Shown here: piece by piece, positions 38,898-52,642 of the stretch
How the letters are laid out: each line of letters starts with the position of its first letter
Numbering within the stretch: position 1 is the stretch's first letter
NCBI RefSeq assembly: GCF_009914755.1
Contig: NC_060932.1
Reading direction: 5' to 3' (one strand)
DNA: 64,000 nt
Source of the DNA: the human T2T-CHM13v2.0 reference genome, Homo sapiens
Notes under the pieces: model-generated
The model's input: only the letters and a program-made list of their open reading frames with translations
Told to the model about the DNA's origin: nothing
Databases searched by the model: none
Translations under genes and position numbers: made by a program

Positions 38898-41800
38898 GGT
38901 ATATCTTCTTTGTTTCATTATTCTACAGCAGAGATTTTTTTCAAATTTCTTTAATGTATACAATTTTTTATCACTATTAGATTTTTTATTGCAATATTTT
39001 CTGTTGAATATTTTTTTGTTTTGAAATAATATTTTCTGTTCGTCATCTCCTTTATGTTGTAGTAAGTTTACATAGAGACTATGCTTGTTCCTTCAAATGA
39101 GATGATTTTTTTCCACTCAAATCTATAGAGAAAGAGATAACTCAATTTAGATATTAGGATAATTCTCTGAAACAGTATATCACACTATGTAATCTAACAA
39201 ATCCTTACTGTCCATACTCAGTTAATTGATACAGAATTCTGTTAAGATACATGGTGTTTGCTAATCTTGTATGCTTCTCATGTCTGGAGGTTATTTAAGT
39301 GTGTCCTCAATGATATTGACTAATTTTAGAACCTGAGTGGTCAAATCCTTAAAATTAAAACTGGAGCTTCTGTTCATAAAAGATTCTTTTGCTCTCCTCT
39401 TGTTACACCTCTGTAAGATTTACATATAGCATTTATTTTAGTGACTTCAGAGTCATATTGGTTGTGTCATTACCTCTGTTCATGTAAACTATAAATTCCT
39501 TATTTTCTCTACTTTTTAAAATGCTGTATGGTAGTTGATACATCTTATAACCCAAAACTATAGGGACGACCAATTGTCTGATGAATTTAGCTACTGTGTC
39601 AAAAGAAATGCATAACAGTGCTGCTTCGATATTATAAATACATGTGGCATTAGTACCTAGGCCAGGGCCTATGCAATGATAGCCATTTGATGTTTTTGTT
39701 CAATAGGTAAATCAGTGGATTATTTTTAACATCTGGATAGTTTTTCAATTACTTTCAAGATTAAATTTCTATTTTGCATGTTGTTGGTAAAAAATTACAG
39801 GTGATAAAAGGTAAGTAGGAATTTATGGAAAACCTAAATTATTTATATAATCTTCATATTTACCCAAGATCATAAAATGAGGCTTGAAATATTAATTTGT
39901 GTCTATATCTGTATTTTTCTATTATTGAGTGATAAAGAAAGAATATCATGCATTTACTCTGCTTTCAAAGAGAGAAAGAGAAAGAAAGAGAGAAAAAGGT
40001 AGGCTTACCTTAGTTTAAGGTTTTTAAGAAAATAGAATGCAGCAATCATATGCCTTGAGCTCTTAAATCCTAATAAATGCCATGTGTGATAAAGGCAGCC
40101 TAATAATTAATGCCAAGGGTTTTGGGGTTATGCCAACCAAATCTTTTCTCCACAGTTCTTCAGTTCTTACTGGCCAAATGTCCTCAGTAGTTGAGCTATA
40201 CTTTGTCTTTTAATTGCTTCATCTATAAGATGAGTTGTTTTAAAACATAATGTGACTTAACAGGTGTGAATAGCACAGAATTTATTTTATATATAAATAC
40301 TACAGAAACACAAAGCACCTCCTCTTTATTTATACAACCATATCTACAGCCAAAGTAATCTCAATGTCAGTCACCTGCACCTAGACCTGCAGGTAATGTG
40401 ATGAGAACTGATGGAATTTTTTTACTTGAGAGTTATACCCCAAGAAGACAGATGAAGAACAGTGAATTTTCTTTATTTATGTGCAAGTGAAGGACAACTG
40501 TCAAACAGCACTCTACTCCTGAAAGGAGAGAGATAACTTGTCCTTTGGAGACTGGATGGAAAGGATCCTAGGCTCTCTGCCTAACCTTTTGGAATGCCAA
40601 AGACTCTCCAAAAGTCAGATACATCCGAAACGTCTCTGGGTTTTATGAACTAGAGATACCTCCAAGATTTCTCCTTTGTGAGATGTACATATCCAGGGAG
40701 AAAGCTTCCTAGTTTTCCAGGAGACCTCAGGGATAAACCTAGGAATTTAGTCTGGGCTGTAACCTCTTGGCCCTCTTACGGGGATAGGAGAAGTGTTGTT
40801 ATCTTTTCTGCTCAGATGAGAGCAATTCACTAGAAAAATATCTCCAGATGTAATTCTTATGGTATGTAAAAAGAAAAAGCAATGTTTCCAGTAGAAGTGA
40901 AGGCAAATATTCTTGTCTTTTTCTGTATACATTTCCTGTCTCAGGAAGCTGGGGCTTTGTATAAGCACACACAGAAATCTAGAGAAGTTTCATTTCCTCA
41001 CAGCACCATAAATGGGAACAAATATTTATAATGTAAATGCAACAATTTTTGGAACACCATTTCTTCATAGGCACCAATTGTTATCCTGATTATATTACAT
41101 TATATTATAGAGACATGAATCTAGTTTAACCAGAACCCATTTTGTGTGCTTGCCTGAGCAACATTCTTTTTATTTTTTTGGAATAGTTTTTAACACTTGA
41201 TTGACCTCATCAAATTAACAGTGAATGACTCTGAATCGCAAAACCAAAGGACTTATTCAAGGGGGTGATCACATGTTATATAGGCAAATTCGAGAAGGAT
41301 AAGTAAAGAGAAGCCCCATGGGTGAGAACTTTTATATTTTTAAATAATCCATTGATAGGACAACTGTTGTATTCTGCTTCCTTTATTACTTCTTTAAGTG
41401 TGATTTAATTGACCATATTGTGTAATTCATCCTCCTTGATACATAAAGAGAAATGTGATTTGTTCTACAGAAAAGCACAGTGTGAATCTATGGTTTAAGA
41501 GACCTATTCATCCCATTTGCAGTTTAATGGACTGACTCTACGCTCTGTAGTGCAGACACTGCAGAAACTTTCTATACTGCTGGAATACCCTTCTTACCCA
41601 TTTTTGATGATTAGACACTAAATCAATGCTCACGTCTGCTATATTTTACTAGTCTAGTTTTTAGAGTTATTTGAAGCATTAAAGTAACTCAGAGTATATG
41701 ACTATGTTAAGCGATTTGTCATTAGGAAATACTTCAAAATGAGGTCACTTGAAATAACTACTGTGCTGTTTAGGAAACACATTTTTAAGCACTAGTTAAC

Positions 41801-41989
41801 TTTCACAAACATAGGATATGGCAGTCACTAAAGGGCAAAACAGGTCAAAATACAGAAGTGTCAAGTACATTATATTTATATTTATAGTTACATTCTAGCC
41901 TTAAAGGATGGGTAAAAGCTTAGGAATTGGGGTAATATATGATAAAATGATAAATATCATGGCATGTATTTTATTTTAATAGTCTTTTT

Positions 41990-42341
<352 letters not shown>

Positions 42342-42539
42342 TAAGAAAAATATATTTTATATGCTATTACTATTATGAAATAATAAATAAGTAAAACAAG
42401 TAAATCATGTATAGCTGTAAATCAAATATTTTAAAACTAGTAAGATGCATGCCTTTCCCAAACCAAAATTCTGAAGACTGTTATATTCAAAAAGAAAATG
42501 TGATTATGTGGCAGGGGAAGGTTTAGGCTATCAGTGTCT

Positions 42540-42690
42540 ATTTGCAGGCCCAAGATGTCAGCTGTGCCATAATTAATAAAGGTCCTTTGTCTCTGATTCA
42601 AGAATACCGTGTCTTCTACCAGTACCTATAAACCTGTGTTAAGCTAACATATTCACTTGCAAAACCTCAGACCTTTCATGGCCTATAACA
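42540..42690 (+). mobile_element. ERVL-class LTR 3' part (MER54/73/74-like)
   Basis: aataaaggtcctttgtctctgattcaaga...tgtcttctaccag...aacctcagacctttc...ataaca, followed directly by internal sequence. Confidence 0.55.
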
Positions 42691-44080
42691 ATTTGTCAGT
42701 GCGGCTGAAATGCTGATGGAGACATAGCTTTGCAGTAGAAATAAAGATGAGGGCCTCATTAATCATTAATTGGATTTGAGAGCATTCATGGGCATTAGTA
42801 ATAAATATATTGATCAAATTGTTCCTTCAACCAGGCTATAAAGCTGTCTTCCATTTCATTGCCTATTAATGTGGAGTAATTTGAGAAAAGGGTATAGGAA
42901 GAGAATTGAAAAGTAAGTTCAAAAACAGCTTTCTGAACAATGTCTTCTGTGTTTCTAATGGTTCTTCACGTGGGGCCATCTTGCTCCCCAGTCTTGCAGT
43001 CAGTCTCAGGCCTGGTACTCTGAAATTGCTATTAAGAGATTTATCTCTTTTCAGACAACAGGTACATTTATGTTTCTGCCCTGGGCATTAAAGCAGGAAA
43101 ATTCATAGCCACTCTGGGTAAAAACCAGTGGAATAGTTAGAACTTTACCTGGCTCACCAGAGAGATGAGAGAACAGGTGCATAAAGCTTCCTAAAGATGG
43201 ATAACAAGGGCTGTGCTCAGAAAGGAAAAGAAATATGCTCTGCTTACTAGCATGAAGTGTCTTTCAACTTCTGGGCCCTCATCCCTCCCTGCCTTACTAC
43301 CTTGACCCCAGCTTCCTTAAGGAGGAATATGAATGTTGAGGTGGGCTGTGCACTAAAGTCTCTGTCTTTAAGAGGAACTGATACATAACCATCCAAACGA
43401 GCTGGGGAACTTTGTGTAGGAAATGAACCCCAAATTCTATGGCGCTGAAACAGGTACCCATGTTATCATCTTCCTATTCCTATGGGGTGAGGAGTGCCAG
43501 TATTTAATCAATGGGATTTGGGAAGTGTTCACAGTGTAGGAGAGGCTAATGGGACATTGCTGTTTAGGCCTATTGGGATTCCATGGAAGGTTGTTTTTTA
43601 TTCCTATATCTGTGTATGCAGTAGAAATTGTTGCATTATATGCCTATGATTCTCTCTTCCATAAGTGCCAAAGGGGAGTCTCTTAATTGAGAATAGCTGC
43701 ATATATTCACAAAGTTCCCCATATGCTGGGCTTGGGCTACCAGTGGTTCAGCTAAGCTGAAGCCTAGCAGTGTCCACTGGGCTGCCGCAGCTGTCCAGCC
43801 TCAGCACCCACCATGCGGAGTCAAACACTGACATGGTAGTCTCCACAGTGGACAAACACAAGGCTGTTCTCATGGATGTTGTCAATATACCCCTAAATAA
43901 ACCTCATTATATTTTTACTGACATTTAATCTGTTGCCAATAGCTTAGCTGTTTGGTCTGCCACTTGGAAAGCTACAACTGGCAGATTAAAGCCTCCTTTT
44001 CTGTGGGGCGGCTAACTGTGGCACAAATCACCTTTGCTGGTCAAATTGTCTGGGTCATGCATCCGGATGCCCTCTGCTGA
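42691..44080 (+). mobile_element. ERVL internal remnant including a pol RNase H fossil
   Basis: Manual translation gives AWATSGSAKLKPSSVHWAAAAVQP (~43730-43801) and YIFTDI*SVANSLAVWSATWK (~43908-43970), then VWVMHPDA (~44048-44071). Confidence 0.75.
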
Positions 44081-44182
44081 GACTTGGGTCCTGTCTTGTG
44101 CAGTTAAATCTTTGAACTCATTTCATCTTTGAGCTTTTCAAACGTGATTTTTCAACCACCTTGCTTTATCTTATTAAGTCAG

Positions 44183-44658
44183 TTTTTTAACTGAAATTTT
44201 ATTGAAATAATTGTACATTTACATGCAGTTCTAAGAAATAATGAAGAGAAAACCTGTGTACCCTTTACCTAGTTTCTCCCAGTGGCATCATTTTTCAAAA
44301 CTATAGTATAATATGATACAATATCACAACAAAGATATTGAAATTGATAAAAACCTCTTCATATTGTTTAGCTTTTTTGTCTATTTTAATTTTTGCTTGT
44401 GCACATTGGTGGTATGAGTATGTGTAATTAGTTTTGTACAATTATAGAACATGTTTAGGCTCATATATCCACCACAAGTCAAAGTAGTGAACATTTGCAG
44501 CCCCACCCTAATACCTTCTGTTGCCTTGTATAAACATCCTCATCTCTGTCCCCACACTCTTTTGTAACCAAAAATATGTTTTCCATTTCTACAATTTGGT
44601 CATTTCAAAAATGTTATATAAACACAATTACATATTATGTAACTTTTTGGTATTGACA
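44183..44658 (-). mobile_element. L1MC/MD 3' UTR fragment
   Basis: ttgaaataattgtacatttacatgcagttctaagaaataat...tgtaccctttacctagtttctccc...gtcatttcaaaaatgttatataaa. Confidence 0.8.
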
Positions 44659-44699
44659 GCCGCAGTCTGCACCTTTGGGATTGGTCTACCACAGTAGAC

Positions 44700-44968
44700 C
44701 TGTGGTATCCTGGGCCCTAGTGGTTCATGCTCCTCCCAAATGTAAAATACATTCAACCTTTCAAAGCTTTCCAAGAGTCTCACCCCATTTTAACGTCAGC
44801 TCAAACTCCCAAGTTTAATCTAAATCTTATCATCTCAAAGTCCAAAATGTCATCATCAAAAGCATATAAATCATGTGCAGATGAGATTTCTTGGCATAAT
44901 ACACTAAGCACTGCCCCTGGGACTCAATACCTGTCCCTCTATGGATCTGTAAAACTAAAGTGACAACT
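44700..44968 (-). mobile_element. MaLR (MST/MLT1) internal fragment
   Basis: ttcatgctcctcccaaatgtaaaatacattca...agtctcaccccattttaacgtcagctcaaa...caaagtccaaaatgtcatc. Confidence 0.6.
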
Positions 44969-44984
44969 TTAGTTTGGCCAACAA

Positions 44985-46558
44985 AAGCCACTTTCTCGCT
45001 ACTTCCTACATTCGCTCAAGGCCCTAGCACTCTACAATCAGTAGGTGGTGAGGTCAGCCAGCCTTGTGTCTTTCCCTTAGGGGCAGTGAGTTTTTTCAGG
45101 CCCTAGGCTGGTTTAGAGATGATTTCCAGGAGCCAGGGCCTGGAGTCAGAAACCTTAGAAATTTACCTGGTGCTCTACTCTACGGCAGCTGAGCCAGCAG
45201 CCAAAATGCAAGACAAAGTCCTTTCACTCTTCCTTCCCTTTTACACAGGCAGAAGAGTCTCTCCCCATGGTCACCATCACCAGAGGCCCACAGGGAGTGC
45301 TTCCAGGCAATTGCCGATGTTCACTTAAGGCCAGGCCACTGACGAGTTCACTCAGCTTGTTGAGAATGCTGCCAGGCCTGGGACTCACCCTTCAGGGAAG
45401 TGGGCTCCCCTCTGGCCTGGGGTCAGAAATGCCATCCAAGGGCCAAGGCCTATAATCAGAGATCCCATGAGCCCACTTGATGCTCTAACCCCTGTGGTTG
45501 AGCTGGTACAAAAGCTGTAAGACAAAGTCCCCTTTACTTTTATCTCTGCTCTTCTAAAGCAAAAAGCATCAAAACTACCACAGCTAGGAATGTGCTTGGT
45601 ATCACCTGAAGCCAGCAAGGCTCTGAGTCTTAGCCAAGGCCCACAGTGAGCTCTGCCTGGGTATTGCTGCTGATTGTTTAGGGTCCAAGGGCTCTTTAAT
45701 GAGCAGGTGATGAATCCTGCCAGAATTTGCTATTTCTCTTTAATGCAGCAGGTTCTCTTTTGGCCCAGAGTGTGTCTAGAAATGTCCTGGAGCTAGGGCC
45801 TAGAATGGGTTCCTCATGACTCTGCCTGAGGTGACTACTATGACTGAGCTGGTATCCAAGTTGCAAGACAAAGTCCTCTTTACTCTCCCCTCTCCTCTCC
45901 TCAAGCAGAAGAAAGGACTCTTTTTCAGAGCTGTGAGCTGTGCTGCCTGGGGTTCGAGGACAGATGGTGCAGGCACTTCCTTAGCCACCCTGGCTGGTGA
46001 CTCACTAGGTCATATGCCCTCAAATCCACTGGCTTTGAGCCCAGCAGAGCACCAGGACTTGCCTAGAGTTACAGCTCTTGTGGTCTAGACCACCTTTCAA
46101 CTTTATTTAAGACCCCAGAGCACTTTGGCACACGGTAGTAAAGCTTGCCAAAACTCAATTTTGTCTGCTGGGATGTGCAATTCCCCTGTGGCTATGGCTT
46201 ATCTAAATGCTTCCTCCGTGGGCATCAGCTGAGTTCTACTAATGTTGGCAGGACTGACTTCCAATGAAAATTCCCAAAGTCACTATGCTCTCCTTCCCCA
46301 AAGAGCACAGATTCTCTCCTCTTGCCAAGCTGTCACTGACAGAGTATGGAGGAGAGGTGGCACTTAGTGAAACAATTCAAGATTTTCTTTCTACCCTCTT
46401 TAGTGCCTCTTTCAGCAGCGTGATGTTAAAATCAGGTACTGTGTTTGCTCACCTGATTTTTGGTTCTTATGAAGGTCCTTTTTTAATGTAGTTATTAAAT
46501 TTGGTGTTCCTGTGGGAGGGCAATCAATGGAAGCTGCTATTCAGCCATCTTGCTCCAT
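44985..46558 (-). mobile_element. Isolated L1M1/L1MA-type 5' UTR, same family as 13660-15543
   Basis: Colinear with 13680-15540 (gagtcagaaaccttagaaat, gacaaagtcc, cacctgatttttggttctt, tcagccatcttgctc). Confidence 0.9.
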
Positions 46559-46629
46559 TCCAAGTCCCCAAATGTATAATGTCTTAAACACTATGTAAGT
46601 GTTTATAACTTTTTCTCACCAAACAGACT

Positions 46630-46870
46630 AAAACAGGTGTTCTTGATTGGCAGTCAACTTCCCTCCATAGCATAATTCAGAAATTTGTCTTGTAGCTTTA
46701 CCATCCTCCAGGGTCTTTTTGTCAAAAGACAATAAATTAAAAGAATAAAATAGGGAAGCCTTGCCTGAAAGTGCATGCATCATTTCAGCTCACATCCCAT
46801 TGGTGAAATCTAATCACATGGTCATATCTACCTGCAAAGAAGCATGAGACATGTAGTACCTTTGTTTACC
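46630..46870 (-). mobile_element. Old MLT1 (J/K/L-like) LTR fragment
   Basis: catcatttcagctcacatcccattggtgaaatctaatcacatggtc...ctacctgcaaagaagcatgagacatgtagt. Confidence 0.55.
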
Positions 46871-47696
46871 TAACTGTATTTGTCATTTTAATTTACTAAA
46901 ATTATCTCTAAATCTTAGTATTTTGTCCTTGCTTGCTTGGGGCTCAGGTGTTTTACGATGATTAAAATTTTCTTGTTATACAATCATGTCCATTAAACTC
47001 ATGAACTCTTTATATAGAGTAGGCTCTCTCAATTCATGAGTTTACTTTTCTTATTTGCAGAAAAAATGTCCCACGAAGTTAATTCAATTAGGTAACCTTT
47101 CTTGCTATTATTTCTGTATGATAAAATTTGAAGGTTCTAGTATGCCCAAAATGAATAAATCATTATTACTTTTAAGGAGCTTAAAATATAGTCTTGGTTA
47201 AATGGCTTACCCAAGGTCATAAGGCACATGAATTTTGGAAACAGGCTTAGGTTTCAGGTATCCTAAATCTTCTTCCACTACAGTATTTAGTACAATTTTT
47301 AGTATAGTACTCTAGTAGATCACTCACTCCTATTTTACCTTTGATCCAAGCAATGCGCAGGATTGGATGCATTATCTTATTGATGAAGGAAAGATAGGTT
47401 ACATAAAATCCCAGAAATAATTTGAATTGTTTACGAATATATTTAAATTAGTCATATCAATATTTTATTTATTTTTAAAATAATGTATCTAAAATACATA
47501 TCTTTATCTGTATAAATATTATTTTATTGTTCAATTAAATTACTGTAAGGTACAAGAGTTAATTAAACATCAAATAGTGTAATTCTCTGTGAGATAAGTA
47601 TCTTAAACCACACCAAATATTAAGGTTAAGTTTTGCAAGAACATTTCCTCAACATACTTATTCTTATAACTTTGCTTTCAAAACATGACTTATCTA

Positions 47697-48095
47697 TGTG
47701 ATAGGTAGAAGAATTACCCCCAAAGATGTATCCACGTCCATACCCCAGGTACTTCTGAATATGTTACCTTATGTGGAAAAAGGAAGTTGGGTAGAGATGT
47801 TACACTGGTGGCTTTCCAGATGGAAGAAGAAGAGACCATGCTATAAGGAGTGCATGCAGTCTCTAGAAACTAGAAAACAAAAAGAGATGGACTCATCTCT
47901 AGAGCTTCTTGAATGGAATGAAGCCTACTGATATCTTGACTTTAGCTCAGTAGGACCTGTTTCATATTTCATGTAGAACTGTAAGATAATACATTTGTGC
48001 TGTTATAAACCACCAAGGTTTTGTGGCAATTTTTATAACCACAATAGGAAATGAATTCAGACTTAAGTGTCTGAAAGTGAGGTGCCACTATAATG
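47697..48095 (+). mobile_element. MLT1D-like LTR with the first bases of internal sequence
   Basis: tgtgataggtagaagaattacccccaaagatgt...gaatatgttacctta...tctctagaaactagaaa...agaactgtaagataatacatttgtgctgtt...aataggaaatgaattca. Confidence 0.85.
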
Positions 48096-50289
48096 TACTA
48101 AGCCTGTAATTATTTATAAATTATATATTCAAAGCTATCATATAATAAAATTGATTTTCCTGGATTGCTTTCTGCTATGGTTGAGTGAAAAATCAAGAAG
48201 TAGAGTTACAAAAATTTTTTCTATAGCACTGGGTGCTCCAGTGAAGAAGGCTGAGCAGGAGAAAATTGTGCCTCTATGTCTTAACAGAAAATACCTTACA
48301 AAATAGTGATATATTCCGATGAAGAATCAAAGCAGTTACTTTTGAGGTTTTAAGGTATTCTTGAGAGTCTTCTTGAGATTCTGTGAATACATCCCTCCAC
48401 CCTAGAGGAGGCGGTGTGTCTCAGTAGACATTCTTTCCAACAGAAGAAAACCCTCTCAAGTTTGCCCCATAAGTCACTATTTTACCTCACTGAGGATTTC
48501 TCCAAAAATCAAATCATGGAGTTTAGCATAGGGTATAACAGTAGCAGTTTTTCTGCACCAACAAAATATCAGATGTCTATAAAGACTTAAATATCACTAT
48601 ATGAGCAGATTACATCCAACTAGACCCAAAGCTATCACTGTTTTACTTTACAATGGTTAGCAAATAAGATCATTTTATGCTAAAAGCTGAAAAATGCTTG
48701 TTGCTATTGTTTTTTAAACTTTCAAATTATTCAATTATTGAGGTTTATATAATATCATTTTAATTGTATAATAACTTGTTCTAACTACAACCTGATATTA
48801 AGAAGGAGACATTATTTACACAAAAGTAAAAACTAAGAATAAAATGGAAATACAAGTTTAAAGTTCTGTAAGAGCAGTTCATTATTGTGTTATAAAATAA
48901 TGATAGTGACAGAAATGCTTTTCAGTTAAAAAAAAAAAAAAGCTATTTCTGTATTTCAGTGGCTTCTTTATTTTTACAGTGGTTCTTTACTCATTGGCTT
49001 TTACCAGAATAGGAAATTGTGACTAATGCCTCACTATGTTTTTAATAATTTGCATCCCTTCATATGCTTCTTATTCTTTAATACACATTTCTGAAATATT
49101 TATGGGTGTAAATTATTGCCTTTTTGTTTTTCTATGAACTTGTTTAGGAGAAAAAATGTAATGCCATTTTAGCAGTATAAATTAAAAAGAACTATAAGAA
49201 ATATTATTTGACTTTATTGCTTCCATATTATTTTCAAATATATATTTGCCTAAAGTACTAACACATATGTTATTGATATCAACAGAATTGTGTGCAATCA
49301 TGCTTATAATGTCCTACCTGCAGATTAATACAGATTACTGACAGAAAAAAATATTAAATTACACCTCTGCTACAATAATGTACATTTTAAAAATACTTAT
49401 ATTTAAATAATATATCAAGTAAACTCTCAGCCTCAGTATTATAAACTGAAATGTGTAACAATTAACAAGCCTTACCTTTTAGTATATTATGATTTTGTAA
49501 TGTTCTTGGTATTTTCAACAAATTATTCTAATGGGTTTATTTTCTCCATAAGTAATTATCAACAAAAATGTCCCCATCTGTAATCAGTATTTATTAAAAT
49601 AGGTGACATGATAGGTTTTACTTTTTTCAGGACCAGTTATCATATATATCCTCATCCTTCAGCCACTTCTAGTTCTTATTTGGTCATAAAATTTCTTAGG
49701 TACTATCATTGTGGATTTAAACACATTCTAATTTTACCACCAAAAATGAATTTGACAAATTGCTTGAGAAGTTGATTTAGCATTGCAAAAGAAAACTTAA
49801 TTAGATACTATGGATCAATTAATTTGCTTAATGAAAACTTTAGCTGTCTGAGGAATATGGTTACACAGAAAGACGGAAGTATGACTTCCTTTTTTGTGTA
49901 TGGTGCATCTGCCTATGAAAAGAAATGGCTTTTCTTGATTTCCTCTATTTATACCCCAGGCTGTTTTCTTCCCTCCCCACTGTCCTATTCTGAACATAGT
50001 ACAGGTTGAAAGACTTATAATAACAAGGTCAGTCATCTACAAAGCCTCTCTTTCCTCTAGCTTGTTAATCTACATTCTTTTCACCTTACTCTGCTAATTG
50101 AAAGCTGGCTTTCCTGCGGAGAATTGTTTGATCCTGCAGTTCTCTCAAGTGGTATCTGATTTCATTTCCTGTTTATAATCTTACTAAACTTGGAGATGGA
50201 TAGGTATTCTTCTTGCTCCTCAGTCTTTTCTTCATGCCTTCATCACACACATATGTACACATTCAATCCAATTCCACCATCCACGATCT

Positions 50290-52642
50290 CAGACATGGAC
50301 ACCTATCTGCCCATCCTGGTAATGATTCTAATCTCTGGATCATTATCAAATCTCTAACGTTTTTCTTTCAGTACTTTCCATATGACAAAACTGTACATGA
50401 ATGTTTCCTGGCCTTTCTGCTCTTGATCTGCTCTTCTTTGATGACCTTAGTCTTCATGTCTCCTTAACACATTCTCATGTTCAAACCCCACACCTTGTCA
50501 TTACCAGTAATTACAATGTGAACATAATTTAAATTTCAAACAATCTTCCCTAGAGTGATACCTTCAAACCTTCCACTGTAGCCCCTCTTGTGCCCCAAGC
50601 TCATAATATCCCAACTTCAATTTCCTAATCCATCATCTTTCATTTTAGCGCATTCATCTTATGTCACTTATCCAGCTTAAATTCCATAATCAAGTATTAT
50701 CATTCCCCAGCATACATGCTCAGTTCAATTGCTTCTTTACTCTTCCTTATTCTCCCTGAATTCAGACTAACTCCAACTTTCCTTCTGCTATATGCCTGAA
50801 CTCATTTAACTAAACATGGCTGAAGAAAAACAAATAGCCATAGTGACTCATCCCACATTAAATTCATGATCACTGACCTGAAGTACACGCCTAAAGCAAC
50901 CTGCAATTATTCTTTCTTCCCCCAGTCTATTCTCTCCATTTCTTTTAAATACATTTCTGCTGTCACCTTAAGCCTCCAATACCACTGTCCTCATCCCCAT
51001 TCTCAAAAGATAATTCTGCTTCCTGCTTCATTGAGAAAATTGAAGCAATCGGAGGAGAACTGAACACATCTGCCCACTTCCCTGCATCTGTGTTCTGCTG
51101 TGGCTGGAAAGGACCTGCACGTGCTCCCAGCTGTTGCTGTTGCTCACTCAAGCACATTGCTCAGCAGGTCTCTCCTCTGTCCTTGCATTTCTCTCCCTAA
51201 TCCTTTTAATGACCAACACTTTATGTGCTTTCATTTAGAGAGAGCCTATTTAAAAGACAGACTATATCTACTGTCTCCAATTAGCCTCCTTCCCTTCTCT
51301 CTTGAATCAAATCCAATAACGATTTGCCCCCACTACTCCTGGGCAAACTTCTTTTATCAACCCCACAAATGAACACTGTTTCACTAAATCAAATAGTCAA
51401 TTATCGGTCCTCGTGATAATTGAGTCATCCATGCATTTGACACAGCTAGTCGCTTTCTTTTCATTTGTCTTTCATGACGTAAAAATTGCTTGAGTTTTTT
51501 CTTACACCTTTGTGGTTCTCTCCTCTTCTCTATTACCACACAATGTCTGCTGTCCCAGGACCTTGCCATTCACTGAGTCTCCTATCTTTGTACACATTCA
51601 CAGTTTCAAGACTTTAAATATCAGTCTTAAACTGATGAGACAGTCTTAAACTGAATAGTCTATCTGACAAGACTAGACCATGCCTTAGAACTCCAGAATG
51701 GTTTATCAAATTTATTTCTTCGTATTTTCTATTTCTTTCTAAAATAACCACAGTCTTGAAATGTCTAAAACTGAGCTCCTGGTTTTATCTCCAAAGCAGA
51801 TTTTCTCAAAATCCTATCTTTTAATGGCCTCCTCCATTCTTCTGATTGCAAAGATCGAAAACTTTCTATCACTCTTAACTTCCATTTTTATTTCACACCA
51901 GAAGTAAAATTCTACTTTCAAAATAGATCGAGTTAAACTACTCTCTAAAGCCTTCCCTGCTGCCAATGTTTCAAGTCTCTATCATCTCTCACCTGCTTTG
52001 CTACAACAGCATTCTAAACAGGCCTTCTTGCTTCTTTTCTTTCTTTCTCTTCAGGCAAGCAATCCAGTCAAAACGCACATTAAATTCTGTCTCTCCTCTG
52101 TTCAAACCCTCCAATGGCTTGCAGGGTGACTCAGACTAAAGCCAAAGATCTGTCAGGGACCTACAAGGATGTGTGCAACTGAAGGCACATTCCATTTTAT
52201 CTCATTATCAACTACTCTCTTCAAACAATTTTTCAGTAACCATAACCATAATGGACTCATCATCCCCAAGATCGTCCTGGCAAGCCCTTGTATTTCAGCC
52301 CTATCCTTGCTGTCCCCTCAGCCTTGATGCTTTTCCTTCAGATATCCATACAGGTAACTCACTTCCTTTAAGCCTATACTCAAATGTCCCATTGGTGTGA
52401 TGTTAGGGCAATCGCAGCTACAATTTCAGCCCTTCCCAGTATTTTCTGTCTTCTTTTCCTTGATTTATTTATTTATTTATGGTTCCCCCTTAGGATTCTT
52501 ACTATTTAACATAACATGTATTTTACTTTTATTTTTATATTCTCATGCTTCCAAAGTAGAATCTAAGTTACATTTTCACAGGTATTTCCATCTATTTGGT
52601 TTCCTGCTGTGTCCAGTGTTTATGACAGAGGCTTGAATGAAT
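50290..52642 (+). mobile_element. Long L2 fragment (ORF2 remnant through the 3' tail)
   Basis: ccttgtcattaccag, cacttatccagcttaaattcc, cacattaaattcatgatcactgacct, gcatttgacacagct, ctagaccatgccttagaactccaga, ctgttcaaaccctccaatggctt, tail gcttgaatgaat. Confidence 0.75.

Noticed and set aside
39760-39810. 51-nt version of the exon ending at the AAG|GTAAGT donor
   Set aside because: Stop codons in all three frames, so not coding
39959-40069. Minus-strand exon (donor AAG|GTAAGC at 40009/40008) next to a CT-rich acceptor-like tract
   Set aside because: The upstream acceptor has a poor pyrimidine tract, and the downstream acceptor would imply an intron of only ~50 nt; the tract is a simple GA repeat
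51622-51654. 14-bp direct repeat CAGTCTTAAACTGA (similar small duplications at ~7910-7945 and ~2316-2345)
   Set aside because: Ordinary local slippage duplications, mostly within old repeats
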